The translations under genes were made by a program, and so were the position numbers. From the NCBI GenBank assembly GCA_002794465.1, contig MTSL01000041.1, forward strand, positions 25,637-41,699: a stretch of DNA of 16,063 nt, given 5' to 3'. Position 1 is the stretch's first letter, and each line of letters opens with the position of its first letter. The notes below the pieces were generated by a model. The model ran no database searches and was not told where the DNA came from. It saw only the letters and a list, made by a program, of their open reading frames with translations. This document shows, in pieces, positions 14,542-16,063 of this stretch. This stretch comes from Paramicrosporidium saccamoebae KSL3 (lineage: Eukaryota > Fungi > Cryptomycota).

Positions 14542-15753
14542 CTATGCAGATTTTTCATTCATAAGGGCGTTAGCGGCCTCGACGCGGTGCTCGTTAGATG
14601 GATGGGAGAGAAAGACATACTCGAAAATCTTGCTTGCTGTCCGGTTCTCCCCTAGAGCTCCAAAAAACTCTTTCAGGCCTTTGCCATGTCCCAATTTGAC
14701 GGCATACGCATCCGCTTCATATTCATGGCTAATACTTAAGGCCATGTACACTGGCTGAAATAGTGTGCTAGCAACACCTCTAAAAATATCCATAATGGGC
14801 AGGGCAGCAATCACCGGCTCACTTTCAAAGCCGAACAGTGAAAATATTTCCGCATTCGGGATGACGAAATAAAACAGTGCCGCATTGCAAAGAGTTTCCG
14901 TAATAAGATCCATCCCCATACGTTTGAGATTGTGCCGGTTAGCGCGATGTCCAAGCTCATGCGCCATTATGGCCACGGTTTGATCAGGACCGTTAAGTGC
15001 CAATAACGGCCCCCCAATCACAATGATCTCTGAAAATATGGAACTAGCGTAGAACGCATTGGTAATATTAAGTGTCCGAACACGAGATGTGTCAAAGTTT
15101 TGGTGCTCGGCAAGCTTGAAGATTTCTTCATTGGACGGGATGCGAGGGAGGGCTGGTGCAAACCTGAGTACAAAAAGAATCTTTTCCAAAATTAGCAAGT
15201 CCACCAGGAGGGCTGCCGCGCAAAAGACGAAACAAGCCAAATGGCGACGGGGCCAGCTGGATACTTTCAGCAGCAGCAGGCCGAGGGCCACGCAAAGGGC
15301 AGAATCCAACAAGTACTGAGCCATGATTACCATGTTACTTGTACCAGTGGTTCCCACCACCATTAGCAAATAGGTCCCCAGTAGCCAGAACAAAGTCCAA
15401 GCAGAATAGAAGCGCGCAGAACGCACCCAGAGGGGCTTGTCTGCCATCTCGCCTGCGCAAGCCCACTTCCAAACCTTTGCCACTCCGTGCCTCTTGAAAA
15501 TGATAAAGTAGAACAGCATTGTAACTATTCCCACCAGAGAGAGTGCCATGCTACTCCAATCCATAACATAGTCTAAGAACGTCAAACCAGGTCGGTGGTT
15601 TTGATAAAGGTGGAGTATTTGTGCAAGTGAAGCAACGGCTTGCAGGACGAGACTAAACACGAACGATCCATATATGAATTTAGTAACCAGCTGCTTGTTG
15701 AGCTGCCAAGATGCTTTTCCGTCGTCCTGGAGAACAGTGGTGGCAGCTGTCAT
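14542..15753 (-). CDS. Ste24/CAAX prenyl protease 1-like M48 zinc metalloprotease paralog 3, 403 aa
   Basis: Multi-TM N-half, TNAFY, AIMAHELGH (14947-14961), EYEADAYAVKLG and SHPSNEHRV. An in-frame stop upstream fixes the ATG at 15753. Confidence 0.88.
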   Translation of the reverse strand: MTAATTVLQDDGKASWQLNKQLVTKFIYGSFVFSLVLQAVASLAQILHLYQNHRPGLTFLDYVMDWSSMALSLVGIVTMLFYFIIFKRHGVAKVWKWACAGEMADKPLWVRSARFYSAWTLFWLLGTYLLMVVGTTGTSNMVIMAQYLLDSALCVALGLLLLKVSSWPRRHLACFVFCAAALLVDLLILEKILFVLRFAPALPRIPSNEEIFKLAEHQNFDTSRVRTLNITNAFYASSIFSEIIVIGGPLLALNGPDQTVAIMAHELGHRANRHNLKRMGMDLITETLCNAALFYFVIPNAEIFSLFGFESEPVIAALPIMDIFRGVASTLFQPVYMALSISHEYEADAYAVKLGHGKGLKEFFGALGENRTASKIFEYVFLSHPSNEHRVEAANALMNEKSA

Positions 15754-16063
15754 AGTGAGGCTCCGTTATGTCTGTACCCTGGTCTGCCACCATGGTGGGA
15801 GTGACCAGGGGAGGGAGCCTGACGTTTCCAAATTGTCTGCAAGACAAAAGGGACAAAGGTTTGCAAGGAGCCTTTTGCTTAATTACAGAACCTGCGGAAT
15901 TTTTAGGCACTCGTCAGTGTATCACATTGTCTACAGAGCAAGTTTGCCTTTGAAAATGACAGTGGCTGAGACGTGGCGGACCTAACGGCTACGTTTAACA
16001 TGCAGCTGTGGTATAGGTGTCGCGTAGTGGGGATAAATAGTATGGACTGTCAGGCGAGAAGAG

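Noticed and set aside
15754-16063. Possible 3' end of a further gene or a fourth M48 paralog at the window edge
   Set aside because: All frames are short and show no recognisable motif, so it cannot be supported from this window.

Overview
A gene-dense eukaryotic window with no prokaryotic features. Intergenic gaps are as short as 22 bp, and five inferred GT-AG micro-introns of 31-34 nt are present. It retains mitochondrial respiratory genes. That architecture suggests an early-diverging fungal relative such as a Rozellomycota/Paramicrosporidium-like organism (inference only). The left half (1-8213) is housekeeping: a 5'-truncated PPWD1-type WD40-cyclophilin, an intron-split QCR9 missed by the ORF track, SRP receptor beta, an Mrh4/DDX28-like DEAD-box helicase, a stand-alone myristoylatable AMPK-beta-type carbohydrate-binding protein, a RING-CH E3 ligase, holocytochrome c synthase and proteasome beta1. 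The right half (8324-15753) looks accessory. It holds three signal-peptide Q/N/S/G-rich paralogs that share a short domain I do not recognise (H-x-F-T-x2-E-x7-L-x9-F...Y-x3/4-[WK]-P), a 56-aa secreted S/T/P peptide missed by the ORF track, a LITAF-domain gene, and three tandem Ste24-like M48 metalloproteases. One of the three has lost all zinc ligands but keeps an intact ORF. Several diverged minisatellites lie just downstream of minus-strand genes. All calls come from manual reading; no database searches were run.
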